Part shown: positions 19,890 through 23,149 of the stretch, piece after piece | Numbering within the stretch: position 1 is the stretch's first letter | Layout of the letters: each line of letters opens with the position of its first letter | NCBI GenBank assembly: GCA_041742355.1 | Contig: JBGSIV010000074.1 | Span: forward strand, 1 to 23,149 | Reading direction: 5' to 3' | Length of the DNA stretch: 23,149 bases | DNA from: Candidatus Zixiibacteriota bacterium | Lineage (GTDB): Bacteria; Zixibacteria; MSB-5A5; GN15; FEB-12 | Position numbers and translations under genes: made by a program | Notes under the pieces: model-generated | What the model saw: only the letters and a program-made list of their open reading frames with translations | Databases searched by the model: none | What the model was told of the DNA's origin: nothing

Positions 19890-20174
19890 CTACCGAATCA
19901 CTACAGCCACAGTCCCCTTCAAAGAACCGGTTTCATACGGCATGGTATAGCCGCTTGTAACAGCTTGTCTGGTGTGGAGTGAATCTCCTTCGACGGCGAC
20001 GATCACTGTAACGTCACTCGGAGAATGTGCATTAGGCACCTGGAGCGATTCGTTTGGTCCGAGCGTGCCCCAATGCCTTTTGGGTTCCTCCGCATACACT
20101 TCGACGGTCCCGTTACCCTTGTTGTGAATCTCCGCCGATTTTCCAGCCGGAATTTTGACTGAATGCGCTGCCAC
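19890..20174 (-). CDS. Hypothetical small protein, probably beta-rich, 94 aa
   Basis: AAGGAG, 8 nt, GTG start; begins 27 nt after the stop of the HNH-like gene on the same strand. Confidence 0.6.
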   Translation of the reverse strand: MAAHSVKIPAGKSAEIHNKGNGTVEVYAEEPKRHWGTLGPNESLQVPNAHSPSDVTVIVAVEGDSLHTRQAVTSGYTMPYETGSLKGTVAVVIR

Positions 20175-20201
20175 TGACTACTCTCCTTAACCATATACAA
20201 T

Positions 20202-20939
20202 TCAGACATCAGTACTTATCGCCTCTGCATCTTGCGCCAAAAGTACGGCGCCATGCAAACTGAGTCTATCCCAAATCTTGAATCTGAATAAGCCTAATGG
20301 GGGGCGCTCACATGGAATCATTGCTGCCTCGATGCCTGGTGCAAGGTCGTGATGCCAGGCGTAGGTTCCGTAGAACGAGTTGAAACATTGAACGTCAGAG
20401 TCCTCGGTGTTGATATAACATTCAACTTCGTACTCTGGACCAAGAATGTAGCCGCCTGTAACAAATGACATACCCCTGACAAGCTTGCGTCCAAATTCCT
20501 TGAGGTCGGCTTCGGGTATTAGAAGTGATGCATGGCCCTCCGGCCTTGTACCTGGTTTTGGCCCGAAATACGGCAGTACTCGTTTCAACGGCTGCCCTCG
20601 GAGCTTCAGAATTTCAGCACGGATAACATCGCGTTTCTTCGCCCGTCGCGCACTGTCCTTTGGGTTGCGTCCACTTGATGGCTTCAGCGCTCGAGCTGCT
20701 TTACGTGCTATATCTCCTACAAGTGGATCATTGGGATTCAGGCATAGACCAAGCCGTTCTATGAGGTTCTTTTCAATCCTACTGAAACGATTGTTGCAGT
20801 CTCGACACGCTGGAGCTTTCCACCGCGCTGTATTCTCGGGTGTACCTTCGGGAAACCACGAATTCGGGATGATGTGGTCAACCGTGATATTTGGTTTTTC
20901 AGTGAGACAGTAGATGCAGATACCCGATTTTGCTTTCAT
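20202..20939 (-). CDS. HNH endonuclease-like protein with C-terminal extension, 245 aa
   Basis: CIYC-x9-DHIIP...ACRDCNN, the Zn-stabilised His-Me finger pattern. Lower GC than flanking genes. Confidence 0.78.
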   Translation of the reverse strand: MKAKSGICIYCLTEKPNITVDHIIPNSWFPEGTPENTARWKAPACRDCNNRFSRIEKNLIERLGLCLNPNDPLVGDIARKAARALKPSSGRNPKDSARRAKKRDVIRAEILKLRGQPLKRVLPYFGPKPGTRPEGHASLLIPEADLKEFGRKLVRGMSFVTGGYILGPEYEVECYINTEDSDVQCFNSFYGTYAWHHDLAPGIEAAMIPCERPPLGLFRFKIWDRLSLHGAVLLAQDAEAISTDV

Positions 20940-21135
20940 TAGTATCAGGGGTGCTTCGTAAGCTTGAGATTTGTGAAATTCGCCTGCGTTTGCTCATTGT
21001 TAGTCCAAGGCCGGCGTATCCTCGGAAGAAACCACTGTGCTACCTTTCGCGGTGCAGTGATGTGAACGACTACCCTCGATCGACTCAATTACCCTACACC
21101 GGAACGATTTACCCTACTTCGGAAAGGACTATCCC

Positions 21136-21163
21136 ATAATACAAAAATGTCGGGATCTGTCAA
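21136..21163 (-). promoter_or_regulatory. Sigma-70 promoter for the HNH cassette
   Basis: Minus strand TTGACA-16 nt-TATTAT; implies a ~190-nt leader. Confidence 0.6.
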
Positions 21164-21402
21164 TCGCAATCGCCGCCCCGCCACTCCTCGATAGCACTTC
21201 CGACGGGCTTCTCGACAGGCCCTTCCGGCAGGCTCCTCGATCGGCGACTTTCGATCGATAGACGTATTATCCGAAGGATCCCTCCCAAAATCCCCCTCCC
21301 ATGCGTCACCTAATGACCGATACCCCCGCGATCGCAGGGGTGACGCGAGGCCACCCCCTTCGGGACTTCCGAACTCGCGCTCCCGGCCAAACCCTGTTCT
21401 AC

Positions 21403-21472
21403 TCCGTCACCCTTCGACTACGCTCAGGGTGACTCCCAATCGTCATGCTGAGCGTAGTCGAAGCATGACGGA
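21403..21472. repeat. Inverted pair of CGTC-type palindromic repeats
   Basis: TCCGTCACCCTTCGACTACGCTCAGGGTGAC (21403-21433) and CGTCATGCTGAGCGTAGTCGAAGCATGACGGA (21441-21472); same family as 4631-4662. Confidence 0.9.
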
Positions 21473-21507
21473 ACCACCGCCCAAAACGAACCCAAACTCC
21501 CGGGCAC

Positions 21508-21709
21508 AAAAAAACCGCCGGCCCGGTCAAGCTTTACGATCCCCTCGTGAATACTCGTGACCGGGTCCGGCGGCTTTCATCAAAGTTGCGTGGCTCTCTC
21601 TAAAGACGAAGGACGCTAAAGAGGTCCCTCATTCACCGCGGACTGCTCTCACTCAGCCTCCGCGATCGTGAGGAATAAGCCGGGCGGACTTTCCTTTTTC
21701 CGCCCGCTG
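21508..21709 (-). ncRNA. Candidate ~200-nt structured small RNA
   Basis: Promoter at 21715-21735, consecutive hairpins starting at the predicted +1, long terminal stem (21515-21529 with 21558-21573) followed by T7. No ORF of ordinary gene size. Confidence 0.55.
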
Positions 21710-21714
21710 ATCAC

Positions 21715-21735
21715 ATTGTAACAACATTCGTGCCG
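21715..21735 (-). promoter_or_regulatory. Overlapping sigma-54-like and extended -10 sigma-70 promoter
   Basis: Minus strand CGGCACG-AATG-TTGT-TACAAT. GG-N10-GT is a -24/-12 variant and TG-T-TACAAT is an extended -10. Both predict +1 at ~21708-21709. Confidence 0.5.
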
Positions 21736-21909
21736 CATTCGTTTCGCCCGCATGCGAAGAACCCAATACGTTGTCGACCAACAGCATAACTCTTCGCACA
21801 CGGATTCCCCCTCGTCTAATCATACGAATATGACTCGTTTTATCGGTGTTTGATCGTGTATCTCCACGAACCGCCCCCCATGCGACAACCCTGCGGCCAC
21901 CCGCACGGT

Positions 21910-21973
21910 CCGTGCCGCGTGCGACCCAGTTGCATCCCGTGCCGCGTGCGACCCAGTCACGACCCGCGTCTAC
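21910..21973. repeat. 21-bp direct repeat (period 27) merging into a CTAC-ended hairpin
   Basis: CCGTGCCGCGTGCGACCCAGT at 21910-21930 and 21937-21957, followed by ...CGCGTCTAC. Confidence 0.75.
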
Positions 21974-21984
21974 CCCGGCCCATG

Positions 21985-22015
21985 AAAAAAGCCGCCGGCT
22001 GGTCGCCGGCGGCTT
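21985..22015 (-). terminator. Rho-independent terminator of the prs-rplY operon
   Basis: Minus strand AAGCCGCCGGC-GACCA-GCCGGCGGC-TTTTTT, 50 nt after the rplY stop. Confidence 0.88.
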
Positions 22016-22065
22016 CGCATATCGGCCCGGAGAATCGGGCGAGAAGCACGAAGTATGCGTCTGGC

Positions 22066-22737
22066 TTACTTCTTCTTCTCCTCCTTCTTCTCTTCTTCCT
22101 TCTTTTCTCCACCGGCGGCGGCTTCGCCCTCGGCGGTTGCGGCAGCAGCAGCAGCCTCTTCGGCTTCGGCCGCGACAGTCTTGATCACAGTCGGGGCGCT
22201 GATCACCACGAGCGTGCGATCCGACTCGGTCAGCATCTCGACATTCGGGATAGTGAGGTCGGCCACGTGGATCGAGTCGCCGATCCCCAGCCCGCTCACA
22301 TCGACATTCACCGACTCCGGGATGTCCTTGGGCAGGCAGGAGACCATGACTTCGCGCACGATAATCTGGAGAATACCGCCCTCGTCCTTGACGCCCTTGG
22401 GCAGGCCGACGAAGGTGATCGGAATCTCCAGGTGGAGGGGCTTGTTCTCGCTGATCGCGTAGAAATCAACGTGGGTTATCCGGCTCGTGACCGGGTCGCG
22501 CTGCATGTCGCGCAGGATCACCCGGTTGGTCTGGCCGTCGACCGACAACTGGTAAATCGTCGTGCCGACACTGGCACGCATCGCGGCGTGGAAATCACGC
22601 TCGCCGACCGCGATGGTCCGCGACGGGAAGTCGGGGCCGTACACGACCGCGGGAATTTCGCCGGCCATGCGGTGGCGCCGGGCGGGACCTTTCCCGAACT
22701 CTCCCCGGCCCCGGGCGGCGATAGGTACTTCTTTCAT
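22066..22737 (-). CDS. rplY: 50S ribosomal protein L25 / general stress protein Ctc, 223 aa
   Basis: GKGPARRHR..GEIPAVVYG, DMQRDPVTSRITHVDF, GVKDEGG, IGDSIHVADL, Ala/Glu/Lys tail; follows prs. Confidence 0.96.
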   Translation of the reverse strand: MKEVPIAARGRGEFGKGPARRHRMAGEIPAVVYGPDFPSRTIAVGERDFHAAMRASVGTTIYQLSVDGQTNRVILRDMQRDPVTSRITHVDFYAISENKPLHLEIPITFVGLPKGVKDEGGILQIIVREVMVSCLPKDIPESVNVDVSGLGIGDSIHVADLTIPNVEMLTESDRTLVVISAPTVIKTVAAEAEEAAAAAATAEGEAAAGGEKKEEEKKEEKKK

Positions 22738-22786
22738 GGCGTTTACACGTCCTCCGTAAGATATATACTAACGTTCTCTGTCTGTC

Positions 22787-23149
22787 TCATACCACCAGCG
22801 GCTGGTCCTCGAACAGGGACGACACCGACTCTTCGTCGAATATCCGCTTGGTGGCTTCGCCGATCAGCTCGGCGCAGGTGAGTATCTCGAACTTGTCGCT
22901 CAGCCCCTTCTGGCTGAGGTCGATCGAGTCGGTGATGATCATCTTCTTAATGGGCGAGTCGTTGATCCGGCTGATCGCGTCGCCCGACAGCACGCCGTGG
23001 GTGGCCGCCGCGTAGATGTCTTTCGCGCCACGCTCCTTGATGAACCGGGCCGCCTGGCACATCGTGCCCGCGGTGTCGACCATGTCGTCGCGGATGAGGA
23101 TATTGCGCCCCTCGACCGTCCCGATCAGGTTCATCATCTCGGCGTGGTT
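22787..23149 (-). CDS. prs: Ribose-phosphate pyrophosphokinase, C-terminal part (5' end outside window)
   Basis: PRPP motif DDMVDTAGT, ATHGVLSG, ITDSI, SVSSLF; conserved prs-rplY order. Confidence 0.96.
   Translation of the reverse strand, partial: NHAEMMNLIGTVEGRNILIRDDMVDTAGTMCQAARFIKERGAKDIYAAATHGVLSGDAISRINDSPIKKMIITDSIDLSQKGLSDKFEILTCAELIGEATKRIFDEESVSSLFEDQPLVV

Noticed and set aside
20202..20939. RAYT/IS200 transposase or Cas9/IscB identity for the nuclease gene
   Set aside because: No HUH plus catalytic Tyr signature and no RuvC motifs seen; only a Zn-HNH pattern.
21590..21650. c-di-GMP-I riboswitch (GGACGCTAAAG)
   Set aside because: No GGCAAA...GNRA P2 element or matching P3/P1, and no adjacent downstream gene on that strand.
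21675..21696. RNase P RNA (minus strand GGAAAGTCCG and CCCGGCTTAT)
   Set aside because: These motifs are about 300 nt apart in RNase P RNA but adjacent here, and the other conserved regions are missing.

Overview
GC-rich bacterial chromosomal window. Secreted proteins with T9SS-type C-terminal sorting domains plus a dockerin-like repeat suggest an FCB-group organism, most likely candidate phylum Zixibacteria (inference, no search run). Housekeeping genes: eno, pheA (monofunctional prephenate dehydratase), priA, rplY/ctc and partial prs. Accessory genes: a partial lipoprotein, a Lys-rich Zn-finger protein, a short GlcE-like FAD oxidoreductase, two secreted CTD proteins, a CoA-binding protein, a GT4 glycosyltransferase, a squalene/phytoene synthase, a DUF4139-like protein, a TPR protein, and a lower-GC two-gene cassette (HNH-like nuclease plus a small orphan). 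The most interesting signals are non-coding. (i) About ten distinct REP-like hairpin families (tags GTAG, GTGG, GTAA, GTCG, GTGC, CGTC) form mosaic, tandemly duplicated and permuted arrays; two copies lie in frame inside a CDS, and no RAYT transposase is in the window. (ii) Two stand-alone candidate small RNAs each have a sigma-54-type promoter and an intrinsic terminator (about 2462-2543 +, about 21508-21709 -). (iii) Two genes look leaderless. No CRISPR array, rRNA or tRNA was recognised.
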